The position numbers and the translations under genes are program-made. From a virus (taxonomy: Duplodnaviria; Caudoviricetes), in IMG/VR virus record IMGVR_UViG_3300025018_000003, positions 1 through 64,000 of that record: a DNA stretch of 64,000 bases; one strand, 5' to 3'. Every line of letters starts with the position of its first letter. Within the stretch, counting starts at the first letter, position 1. Shown here piece after piece: positions 47,585 through 55,757 of this stretch. A model generated the notes under the pieces. It searched no databases, was not told where the DNA came from, and was given only the letters and a program-made list of their open reading frames with translations.

Positions 47585-49434
47585 CAGAACAGCTCCGCTT
47601 GCTTGGATTGGAAGAGCTGGATGATCTTGTTCGCCTCCCGGATGTACCAGACGTACTTGATCGGCTCACGGTTGTCGTTCACCAGATCGTTCAGGATGCA
47701 GACGGATTCACCAGCCACGAGGGAGATGGTCTTCGTGTCAGAGACCTTCAGGAGAGACCCGCCTCTCGTGGAGACGTAGTACCTGTTGGCCTTCTGACAC
47801 TTCGTACGACGCACCTGCATGGTGTCAGTATCGATCTCGTCGTAGACGATGTCGAAGGCTGCTCCAGCATTCTGCGCCATGCAGAAGTCCAGGATATCCT
47901 CGTGGTTCGGGATGAACTCTTCCGGGGGGATGCCGTCGATGAAGAAGGCTCTGACAGCCATCGGGACGATGGGCTTGTCGAAGCCCTTGCGGAGGTCCTT
48001 CCACCTCTCGGTGTCCAGCACTCCCTTCATCTTGACGCTGCCACCCTTCTTCGTGACCAGGTAGTTGTTCACATCCCTGATCACCGCGGTATCGAACTCC
48101 ATGAACTCCAGGGAGAACCCAGTGTACTCCTCCCAGTACCTGCAGATCGCGTTGTACGTCTCACGCTGGTCTGGTCTCACCTGAGAGGTGATACCGTCGG
48201 TGTTGGCGTAGATCACGGGGATCCCCACCTCCTCCAGCGCCTCGACGAGCATCAACAGGAAGAGCTGGCCGTTCACCGTGACTCGGTACATGCAGAGCAT
48301 GTCGTAGAGCCAGTGGTGTTCGAAGCCGGTCTTCCCGAAGATGCTGTTCACTACGATCTTCAGGGCAGCCGCAGCCACCTTGTCTCCATGTGCCTTGGCT
48401 GCCAGCCGCCTCTCGGTGAGAGACTGCAGCAGGACCAGGAACGAATCGTTGAGGTGCTCCGGTTTGAGCGAGTACTTGGTCATGATGGTCGGGTAGTACG
48501 ACCCAACGTCAGCATCCACCAGAGCCAGGTCAGGTGAAGACTCAAAGAGAGAGGTGGGGTTGTTCGAGTGGAGACCACCCACACCCACATCATAGACTCC
48601 TCCGTTGATCCTGACACGATACTCCAGCTTGGTGCCTGAGGTAGGGATCGTTCCCTTCTTCACGTCGGCCAGCCACTGCTGCATCTTCTTCGTCTGGAAG
48701 CGGATTTGCGGCAGCACGACGTCGGACATCTGGATCTCATTGCGCTGGGTCCTTCCGTTGATGAACATCTCCGGAGGCATACCAGTCGCATCTGAGTACA
48801 GCTTCTCCAGCAGGCGGTTGGCCATGCCGGAATCAGGCTCGTCCATCACGTTCACCTTGTAGGAGAAGGAGATCGAGGCCCGCAGGTTGATGTCCTCTCG
48901 CATGCTGTTGTACAGCTCACGGGTGACGAGGACATCGTTGATGTTGTAGTCCCTGGCTTCCTGGAACGAATCCTCAGGCAGGGGACTGAACGGAGAGTGG
49001 GGCATGTCCCTGATCAACGGCCAACGCAGGTTGATGGCGACCATCTTCAGGGACTTCTGAATGTTGCCCACTCTCATGAGATCGAACGACTGGAAGTAGC
49101 TCCGATACTTCAGGTGCTTCGGTGAACCACCATCGATGATCTTCTGGGCCATCGAGAAGACCAACTCGCAGAACTCTGCGGAGTCGCCCTTCTTCAGATA
49201 AGGCCAGTAGTACAGGATGTAGTTCATCACCACGTTGTCGAAGTAGTGGTTGTTGTACCCTACAAAGTGGCGTGTCTGCACGTTGAAGAACTCGAAGATC
49301 TGTTCCCGCTGATCGATCTCCTCCGACACTTCGAGCAGCTGAACCTCGTCGTGATCAGGGCGCATGACCCCAACCAGGAAGAAGTTCGACCAGGTCTCGA
49401 TGTCGTAGATCCACACATCAGCTTGCTTGGCCAT
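47584..49434 (-). CDS. polB: Family B DNA polymerase
   Basis: Exonuclease YDIETW and VGYNNHYFD; polymerase DADVGSYYP, KIVVNSIFGK, YANTDGI and DVNNYL...KMKG. Confidence 0.93.
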   Translation of the reverse strand: MAKQADVWIYDIETWSNFFLVGVMRPDHDEVQLLEVSEEIDQREQIFEFFNVQTRHFVGYNNHYFDNVVMNYILYYWPYLKKGDSAEFCELVFSMAQKIIDGGSPKHLKYRSYFQSFDLMRVGNIQKSLKMVAINLRWPLIRDMPHSPFSPLPEDSFQEARDYNINDVLVTRELYNSMREDINLRASISFSYKVNVMDEPDSGMANRLLEKLYSDATGMPPEMFINGRTQRNEIQMSDVVLPQIRFQTKKMQQWLADVKKGTIPTSGTKLEYRVRINGGVYDVGVGGLHSNNPTSLFESSPDLALVDADVGSYYPTIMTKYSLKPEHLNDSFLVLLQSLTERRLAAKAHGDKVAAAALKIVVNSIFGKTGFEHHWLYDMLCMYRVTVNGQLFLLMLVEALEEVGIPVIYANTDGITSQVRPDQRETYNAICRYWEEYTGFSLEFMEFDTAVIRDVNNYLVTKKGGSVKMKGVLDTERWKDLRKGFDKPIVPMAVRAFFIDGIPPEEFIPNHEDILDFCMAQNAGAAFDIVYDEIDTDTMQVRRTKCQKANRYYVSTRGGSLLKVSDTKTISLVAGESVCILNDLVNDNREPIKYVWYIREANKIIQLFQSKQAELF

Positions 49435-49661
49435 CAGCTCACCCACGCTAACTGATCACGAGCCTCTTCGAGGTAGGAGAGAGCATCCTTCAGGCTGCGG
49501 TAGGCCTCATCCAGATTGTCAGAGGCTTCTTCGCCCGCGGAGTAAAGAGCCTGGAGATCTTCCAGCTGCTCCTTCAGAGCCTTGGACTGCGTGTGGATCC
49601 TCTCTTTCTCCTTGGTGAGCTTCGAGATCATCGAATCAAGTTGTTGCTTGGTCATGTCCAT
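49434..49661 (-). CDS. Small coiled-coil protein
   Basis: Heptad-rich LDSMISKLTKEKERI...YLEEARDQL. Confidence 0.6.
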   Translation of the reverse strand: MDMTKQQLDSMISKLTKEKERIHTQSKALKEQLEDLQALYSAGEEASDNLDEAYRSLKDALSYLEEARDQLAWVS

Positions 49662-49757
49662 GCTCCGGTTGGTGGATCTTGGTGTTCGTCGTCCCAGCGC
49701 TTGGCCTTCGTCCACATGACGAGGATGAAGGCAATGAAAGAGACCAGGGAAATGGCT

Positions 49758-49967
49758 TCAATGATGTTCATCTTTTTCATTCTCGCCTTGGCGGATTAGG
49801 TGGAGGTGTTCGTTGGCCTGCTGCAGCTCCTCGACGATCAGTCGGTAGTGCTGCAGCTGCATCTTGGCGTTCTCCTTGGAGATGTTGTTCGCCTCCTTCA
49901 TCCGACCAGCGATCAGGGCGAGGATGAAGATGATGGCCACTACGATGATGATGAGAGCAGGTGACAT
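49758..49967 (-). CDS. Small single-pass membrane protein
   Basis: MSPALIIIVVAIIFILALIAG followed by a helical tail. Confidence 0.6.
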   Translation of the reverse strand: MSPALIIIVVAIIFILALIAGRMKEANNISKENAKMQLQHYRLIVEELQQANEHLHLIRQGENEKDEHH

Positions 49968-49968
49968 G

Positions 49969-50217
49969 TCAGTCCTCGTAGGTGATGAGGAGAACGTTCT
50001 CCAGCTCGATGTTGTGAGTCTTGTATCCACCCTCACCATCGACGATGTCGACGCAGAGCATATCCCTGGTGGGATCGAAGTTTCTGCCGGTGTCGTGCAG
50101 GCGGAGCCCGATGAACTCCACGGTCCACTTCGGGAAGAAGGGATCCTGGTGCCCAACGGTGAACGAGAGGTTGGTGTCGCCCTGCATCGCGTGCAGGACA
50201 GCGTGGACGACGTTCAT
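49969..50217 (-). CDS. Hypothetical protein
   Basis: 82-aa ORF coupled to its neighbours. Confidence 0.5.
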   Translation of the reverse strand: MNVVHAVLHAMQGDTNLSFTVGHQDPFFPKWTVEFIGLRLHDTGRNFDPTRDMLCVDIVDGEGGYKTHNIELENVLLITYED

Positions 50218-50414
50218 TTTTTCTTGGGTTTGATGACCAGCGTGTTGAGCGCTGACCAGAATGGGACGACGTCTCCCTTCTTGGCCTTGCACTTGTCGCA
50301 GACCTTGATGGAGATGCCGCCGTTGGTGTTGACGTTGTGTTTTGCCGTGTTCTTGCAGCGATAGCCGAGCTTGTCGGACGCATGCTCACACTGCGGTCCA
50401 GTCTTTCGTGGCAT
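50214..50414 (-). CDS. Small Zn-finger protein
   Basis: CEH...RCKNTAKH...KVCDKC. Confidence 0.6.
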   Translation of the reverse strand: MPRKTGPQCEHASDKLGYRCKNTAKHNVNTNGGISIKVCDKCKAKKGDVVPFWSALNTLVIKPKKK

Positions 50415-50417
50415 GGT

Positions 50418-50453
50418 AAAAAAATGGGAGAAGGGCCCGAAGACCCCCCTCCC
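50418..50453 (-). terminator. Intrinsic terminator-like hairpin with U-tract
   Basis: GGGAG-AAGGG...CCCCCTCCC stem next to A7 on + (U7 on -). Confidence 0.55.
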
Positions 50454-50969
50454 TGTCCACCACCACGCGGACAGCCGGTCATGTACCGGCAGACAGGGTC
50501 AGGGGTTGTTGGCCCAGAACTTGGTGACGTGATCCAGGACTTCTTGAGGTTCCATCCCAAAACGTCTGCGACGGACAATACCCATCTCCTGACGCATGCG
50601 GGAGAACTCCTGGTACACGTTGTCCGGTACCAGACAGTCGAGCACCGGAGAAATGTGATCCATGGGGAGAGACCCCTTGGAGGCGCGGACATAGTGAGCT
50701 CACTTGTGACCATACTTGATGACACGGATGGTCTTGGCGTTGGTCTTCACGTACAGCGCCCATTTGATGTTCTGACTGCTCCACCAGGAGTCGTTCGTCA
50801 GGATGACGATATCTCCCGGTTCAGCTTTCATGCCGAATGGTATCATGGTGGTCTGTGGCTGGTGAAAATGGATGAGGCCCCCCAGTGATGGCTGGGAGGC
50901 CTCTCTATTAGGTCCCCACCCCCATCAAGGCGAGTCTGAGGGGACCATAGGTGCTGCCGTGGCAGCTTG

Positions 50970-51333
50970 TGGAGGTGCCGGGAGTCGAACCCGGGTCCTG
51001 TATGTCTTCTCTCAGTCCTGACGAGCGTCCTCAAGTTGGGGAGTGAGGTCTCCCTGGGGCTCCTAAGAGCATCTCCACCACCAAGTGATCAATCCCGGCT
51101 CACTTGGAAGCCGACGGGTCTTTCCCCCGCAGTCAACAGATGGATGGCACCGGTCTGATCCCTATCTGCGTCAGGGACCGATGGCTCTAGGCCGCCAGAC
51201 GAGTCTGACGAACCATGGCGTATGCGTAATCGTTGGCGATTATGCTGTTGCAGCGCATGTTGATGAGGTGTTGCTGCAGTTCCTCAGCTCGTGTTCCTTG
51301 ATCTGTCCATCCAGTCGAAGCCGTTACACCCCC
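50970..51333 (-). ncRNA. ssrA: tmRNA (364 nt), predicted tag (A)ANDYAYAMVRQTRLAA*
   Basis: 5' GGGGGTG-TAACGGCTTCGACTGG; 3' GGACCCGGGTTCGACTCCCGG-CACCTCC-A; acceptor stem with G3:U70 and A73 (Ala identity). PK1 is TGAGG/CCTCA plus TGCAGC/GCTGCA. The resume context ATAATC-GCC-AAC fits the AUARNYGCNAA consensus; the tag ORF at 51237-51187 ends LAA-TAG. Confidence 0.95.
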
Positions 51334-51379
51334 AGAGCGCCTCCCGGGTGTGACCCCGGGAGGACTTGGAAGGGAGCTT

Positions 51380-52822
51380 CTACTCCTCCAGCAGGGCTTC
51401 GAGTTCCTCGATGGACTTGCCTTCGAGGTCCTCCTCCTGCTTGCGGGCGATGAGTTCCGCAATCCGCTGACGCTTCTTGCGAGTCTCAGCCGCAGCCAGA
51501 GCACGGTCACGATCAATGACCTTGGTCTGGAGGATGTCGAGCACGACGTCGAAAGCCAGCTGAGCCTCGATGTTCTTCGCTGACCTCTCGGTCAGGAAGG
51601 ACTTGGCCGCGGACTTCTCCACGGCTGCTTCGAGGTTCACCGCCAGCTCATCCAGCACCTGGAGATCGAGATCCCACAGCTGCTCGACGGACAGAGGTCC
51701 GCGCTCGGTGTTGATCCGCAGCTTCTTGCGGGAAGCTGCCTTGACGCCGTCGAAGATCGAGATGTCCTTGACCGAGCCATCACCCGGGTTCAGGTGCAGG
51801 ATCTCCGAGACCTTGATGTCACGCAGGGTCGCCAGCCGACGCTTGAAGGCGGAGGTGTACCCGTTCTCCTCACAGAACTCACGAGCATTCTCGATCATCT
51901 GCTTGGTGATGGGGGCCTTCGCCTTCATGTAGTTGGCCGGGTCCACACGGACGTTCCAGGCCCTGCAGGCCGCGTTCAGTTCCATACCCTCGGACAGTTC
52001 CACGCAGAGCACGCCGATGAGTTCGTTCCTGAACTTGGCCATCGGGAATCCACGTGACTCCACCCAACACCAGCGGTCCCGAAGAGCCGGAGGAATCTGG
52101 TCGAACACGCGCTTCTTCTCGATCATAGCCTGGACTTTCGACAGGTGCGCATCACCATTCAGGAGCGAGCCCTGAGTGATGAGGTCACGCACCAGTTCCA
52201 GCGTGTCCAGCGGGATCTCGTTGAGACCACGCTTGAACACGTTGTAGGCATCGCGCATGCGGCCCTGCACTGCCTCGATGGAAACCTCGTTCATGAGAAC
52301 GAAGGCCTTGTCGACGAACAGGTGCATGTGTTCCCACACGCGGGTCTCATTCGCCTTGACCACGCCGAACTTGTCCGCCTCGTCCTGGGTGTAGCACTTC
52401 ACGTTGGAAGACACACCCAGCTGGAAGCGTTCGTTCTTGCGGCTGCAGGACTCGTAGGGCAGACTCTTCAGTGCGTCGAAGGTCTCGTAGAAGACATCCT
52501 GGATGTCCGCTCCTCGCAGGAGGATGGACAGGACGCGAGCCACATCCTGCATCTCCAGGTCAGTGACCTCGTCGAAGATCGACATGACCTGGAGTTCATC
52601 ATCGATGGCAACGATGTTACCGTACCGACGGATGAAGTTGTGGCAGTTGTTGCAGTTGTGGTACGAGCTGGACGGATCCCTGAACACCGGGTTGGTGCCT
52701 TCCGGGAACGAGGCCAGGTACGCATTCCACAGCTCACTGCCGGTGATGCTCGATCTGAAGAGCAGACCAGTGGCCTGCATCTCCTCAAATCGCTTCTGCA
52801 TCTGCTGAGCCATCTGTTTCAT
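51380..52822 (-). CDS. Conserved phage hypothetical protein, apparently a fusion of two normally separate genes
   Basis: N-terminal LWNAYLASFPEGTNPVFR...HNCNNCHNFIRRYGNIV; C-terminal ASRKKLRINTERGPLSVEQLWDL...KQEEDLEGKSIEEL. Confidence 0.75.
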   Translation of the reverse strand: MKQMAQQMQKRFEEMQATGLLFRSSITGSELWNAYLASFPEGTNPVFRDPSSSYHNCNNCHNFIRRYGNIVAIDDELQVMSIFDEVTDLEMQDVARVLSILLRGADIQDVFYETFDALKSLPYESCSRKNERFQLGVSSNVKCYTQDEADKFGVVKANETRVWEHMHLFVDKAFVLMNEVSIEAVQGRMRDAYNVFKRGLNEIPLDTLELVRDLITQGSLLNGDAHLSKVQAMIEKKRVFDQIPPALRDRWCWVESRGFPMAKFRNELIGVLCVELSEGMELNAACRAWNVRVDPANYMKAKAPITKQMIENAREFCEENGYTSAFKRRLATLRDIKVSEILHLNPGDGSVKDISIFDGVKAASRKKLRINTERGPLSVEQLWDLDLQVLDELAVNLEAAVEKSAAKSFLTERSAKNIEAQLAFDVVLDILQTKVIDRDRALAAAETRKKRQRIAELIARKQEEDLEGKSIEELEALLEE

Positions 52823-53012
52823 TGGTGTTGTTGGTTTCGGGGAGGGCCCCATGTTTGAGAAGCCAGGTGTCAGGATCCTGACGGATCTCGAAGTAGAACT
52901 CAAACTGCGGGAGTCTGCGGTCTACCTTGGAAATCTGTATTGGGAGAGTGTCACGGCAGATCCGGGTACGGCTGTGAGCCTTCCGGGTCTGGGTGTCGTT
53001 GATGCGGATCAT
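52785..53012 (-). CDS. Hypothetical early protein
   Basis: ATGA overlap with the upstream gene. Confidence 0.45.
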   Translation of the reverse strand: MIRINDTQTRKAHSRTRICRDTLPIQISKVDRRLPQFEFYFEIRQDPDTWLLKHGALPETNNTNETDGSADAEAI

Positions 53013-53332
53013 GGAAGCTCCCTCCAGCTGATGATGCAAGAGACATCCTGATCTGCAGGCACGGCGTTGACCTGGTTGTCGAAGTGCCAGATCTCAATGT
53101 GCATCGGACGATAACGGTACTTGTTTGAGCCACTATAGGCCCTTACGGTCATAGTCACTTTCCTGCAGTAGCCGGATGGCTGGTTCAGGAACATGCGACT
53201 CTTCCCGAACCCCGTCTTGATGGCTTCAAGAGAGGAGTTGAAAGGGAGAGCGCTGAAGGACGAGTGGGGTGGGTGGAATCCTTCGTCGATCTCTTCGAGT
53301 TCGAGGATCCACAGTCTTGGGGTCGCGTTCAT
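53009..53332 (-). CDS. Hypothetical early protein
   Basis: caccaccATG start context; 107 aa. Confidence 0.55.
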   Translation of the reverse strand: MNATPRLWILELEEIDEGFHPPHSSFSALPFNSSLEAIKTGFGKSRMFLNQPSGYCRKVTMTVRAYSGSNKYRYRPMHIEIWHFDNQVNAVPADQDVSCIISWRELP

Positions 53333-53788
53333 GGTGGTGTTCGAAAGGTGAGCCCTGCAGTTGGCACAGAGATTGAACCGCAGGTACAGGAAGCATTGAT
53401 GTGAGGACCATGGCCATGCGCGAGAAGCGAGGCGGAAAGAAGGGAGGCAAGGGCGGCAAGAAGTGCTGACCCATTGAGGCAACTCCCAACGGAAGTCAGT
53501 TGTGACCTCTCCACACGTTCAGTTCGCTGCAGGGCTGTTCGATCAGGCAACAGGTCCTCACCAGGGATGCCAGTCGGGTTACTTGCTGCTTCGATCCCCC
53601 ACCGGCTGGTCAAATGTGACCGCAACTCACGAGAGTGTGCATGCAGCCTGGTGTTGGAGCCGACGAGAGTCTCGGCACGGGAGTCACCCCAGCGATGAAG
53701 CAGCCGCCGCAAGGCGAAGGCCGGTCAGCGATGGCCGCAGGGGAGGGGGACGTCCGACCGTCCGTTCGTCCGCCCAATCCCCCACAAC

Positions 53789-54007
53789 CTACCAGTCCTG
53801 CTGAAGAACAGGTTCGACATCGGAGTGTCCACGATCATAGACGTGGTACGTCCCACATTGACGACACTGCAAGTGAGTCCTGTCCCCGACATGAGGGCCA
53901 AGGTAGAACTTGGTGTGACCACAGGAATGGCAAGAGTACCGTGGGCGAGAGACCTGAAGCCACCACGCCATCAGCTTGATGAACCATGGGGGGCCGTGCC
54001 TATCCAT
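53789..54007 (-). CDS. Small Zn-ribbon protein
   Basis: YSCHSCGH...LQCRQCGTY (CxxC...CxxC). Confidence 0.65.
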   Translation of the reverse strand: MDRHGPPWFIKLMAWWLQVSRPRYSCHSCGHTKFYLGPHVGDRTHLQCRQCGTYHVYDRGHSDVEPVLQQDW

Positions 54008-54173
54008 TGGACTTCTCCGTCGCCTTCTGGCGACGATGAGCCTTGTAGCACGAAGCCCTGCAGTACTTCTGATCCGGGTTTGGGCCGAGTCTGAAGCGCT
54101 GACCACAGGCAGGGTTCTCACACCTACGATACCTCTCCTGCTTGAGGAGCCGCCGGTATTCTCGTTCATTCAT
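54000..54173 (-). CDS. 57-aa CGNR-like Zn-finger protein (not in the ORF track)
   Basis: Hand translation: MNEREYRRLLKQERYRRCENPACGQRFRLGPNPDQKYCRASCYKAHRRQKATEKSNG*. The stop overlaps the next start. Confidence 0.65.
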   Translation of the reverse strand: MNEREYRRLLKQERYRRCENPACGQRFRLGPNPDQKYCRASCYKAHRRQKATEKSNG

Positions 54174-54240
54174 GAGCAACCTGGCTAGGTGACATCCCGC
54201 AATGGGCTGTCTAGTCCTGGTGCTCAGACTGTTGAGATTC

Positions 54241-54699
54241 CTATACGGTTCCTCTCACAGTGATGTTGATCTCGATGGCTGTGTCAGGCCCCAGTTTCTC
54301 ACGAATCTGGGCGATGGCATCTGCCACCTGAGCCTGTGCATCAGCCACGGGATCAATCTCGATGTCGGCACCCTCATCCACGTCAGTGGGGGTAGCCACT
54401 GGAGGGAGACCATGGTCAACCTCCATCTGGGCAGTCCTCGGATTCTTGATCCGGTTTCTGTCCTTGATGATCTTGCGGACGCGCCTGACGAGGTTCCAGG
54501 GCCCTTCAGGGATTGACCCTTCCTCGATGTCGCTGGTCATGATGTCGAACTCCAGCAACGTCATGTTGTACCTGGTGTTCTTGTCATCAAAAACGAGGAA
54601 GAAGAACGCGTCATCATACGTCAGTCTTCCATAGTGCAGGGTCTCCGGTTCTTTCCGGATGACGTCCAGCACCTTGTAGTATCGTCGACCTCTTGCCAT
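54241..54699 (-). CDS. Hypothetical protein, 152 aa
   Basis: Clear ORF with typical codon use. Confidence 0.65.
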   Translation of the reverse strand: MARGRRYYKVLDVIRKEPETLHYGRLTYDDAFFFLVFDDKNTRYNMTLLEFDIMTSDIEEGSIPEGPWNLVRRVRKIIKDRNRIKNPRTAQMEVDHGLPPVATPTDVDEGADIEIDPVADAQAQVADAIAQIREKLGPDTAIEINITVRGTV

Positions 54700-54777
54700 G
54701 TTTGATGCTCGGATGAAGGAAAGTAGGGAGCGGCCTCAGTGATCGAGGAGCTTGACCTCCCATCTCTCCAGGGTGGA

Positions 54778-55062
54778 TCAGACCTTGCGTCTGCTGAAGA
54801 ACTTCTCCTTCATACGAGTGAAGAAGCCCTTCTTCTGTTCAGTTCGCGCAGTGGTGCGCGGGGTGGCCGTCTTCTGCGCCGTCAGGTCCCGGATGAAATC
54901 CTGAATCTTCGAAAACGTGCCAGCCTGCTCCTTCTTCCGTCGGTTGGCCAGAGTCCTGAGCTGCTTCATGGTGAAGTGCGGGCGCTTGGTCTTCTTCGGG
55001 AAGTAATCGGAGTAGTCGGTGTACCCTCCGCCAAGGCGGATGGTGCGGTGCTGTCTTGACAT
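54778..55062 (-). CDS. Very basic 94-aa protein with C-terminal amphipathic helix
   Basis: accaccATG start; ends EQKKGFFTRMKEKFFSRRKV. Confidence 0.6.
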   Translation of the reverse strand: MSRQHRTIRLGGGYTDYSDYFPKKTKRPHFTMKQLRTLANRRKKEQAGTFSKIQDFIRDLTAQKTATPRTTARTEQKKGFFTRMKEKFFSRRKV

Positions 55063-55091
55063 GGTGGTGCCCGGTTGGGTTGTGAAATGGA

Positions 55092-55113
55092 TGAGGGGCT
55101 GGTCAAGCCCCTC
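55092..55113 (-). terminator. GC hairpin downstream of the tRNA cluster
   Basis: GAGGGGCT-GGTCA-AGCCCCTC stem; weak U-tract. Confidence 0.4.
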
Positions 55114-55266
55114 GGTTGAGATTCACGTTAGCGGATCAGTTGACCAGACTGCCGACGTGTCTAATGCCAGTCTCAAGGCATACTCTAGTCATCGAGCAGA
55201 TGCCACGTTGATTGGGCCAACAGTGGAAGCCCCTCGGACCAGGTATACTCTGGTTACCCGAGCAAG

Positions 55267-55371
55267 GCGCGATGGCAGGGGTCGAACCTGCACACTGAGG
55301 TGAGCAAAACACGGAAACTCTGCCTCACAAGGGTATATGAGCCCAAGGCCCTACCATTAGGCTACACCGCG
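55267..55371 (-). tRNA. Atypical tRNA-like gene, CAT anticodon, ~105 nt, 8-nt loop and ~39-nt extra arm
   Basis: Acceptor CGCGGTG/CATCGCG, D arm GCCT-AATGGTA-GGGC, GGG-CTCATATA-CCC, T arm GCAGG-TTCGACC-CCTGC. Confidence 0.6.
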
Positions 55372-55401
55372 CACCCTCTGCCCATAAACAGGGCAGGGAA
55401 G

Positions 55402-55473
55402 CAGCAACGGGTGGACTTGAACCACCAACCTCCCCCTTACCATGGGGGGCTCTACCAGTTGAGCTACGTTGCT
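55402..55473 (-). tRNA. tRNA-Thr(GGT)
   Basis: AGCAACG/CGTTGCT; GCTC-AACTGGTA-GAGC; CCCCC-ATGGTAA-GGGGG; GGTGG-TTCAAGT-CCACC. No encoded CCA; A32 and the apparent loss of position 26 are slightly unusual. Confidence 0.85.
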
Positions 55474-55528
55474 TCCACACTGTATTCAGTTGAGGTACCC
55501 CAGTGATATCCTGATAAGGACGGGACCT

Positions 55529-55605
55529 TGGTAGCGGCGGTGGGATTCGAACCCACGACCTCCAGGTTATGAGCCTGGCGAGCTGGACCTCTGCTCTACG
55601 CCGCA
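55529..55605 (-). tRNA. tRNA-Met(CAT), initiator-type
   Basis: U1xU72 mismatch, A11:U24, CCAGG-CTCATAA-CCTGG, GTGGG-TTCGAAT-CCCAC and encoded ACCA. Confidence 0.92.
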
Positions 55606-55611
55606 GTGTTG

Positions 55612-55690
55612 TTGTGGTGGGAGGAATCGAACCTCCGGCCTCCGTTATGTGCATGGAGAACGGCGCTCTGCCTTGCTGAGCTACACCACA
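55612..55690 (-). tRNA. tRNA-like gene with a 12-nt anticodon loop (CTCCATGCACAT); Trp-like CCA after U33
   Basis: TGTGGTG/CACCACA; GCTC...GAGC; CCGTT/AACGG; GGAGG-TTCGATT-CCTCC. All stems are intact and only the loop is enlarged. Confidence 0.7.
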
Positions 55691-55757
55691 GGGAAACCGG
55701 TTTTGAACAGGACCGGAAACTGTCGCGGGGGGCTGCCAGAGCAGGTGCTCCCAAAGA

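Noticed and set aside
50905-50965. Possible HDV/theta ribozyme after the tmRNA (GGTCCCC/GGGGACC, TCA/TGA)
   Set aside because: There is no P1.1, P4 or catalytic J4/2 segment between P1' and P2'.
53565-53600. GATGCCAGTCG...CGATCC similarity to the raiA-motif RNA
   Set aside because: The TGCC/GGCA hairpin and the flanking raiA P1 are absent, and the segment pairs in a different local stem; probably coincidental.
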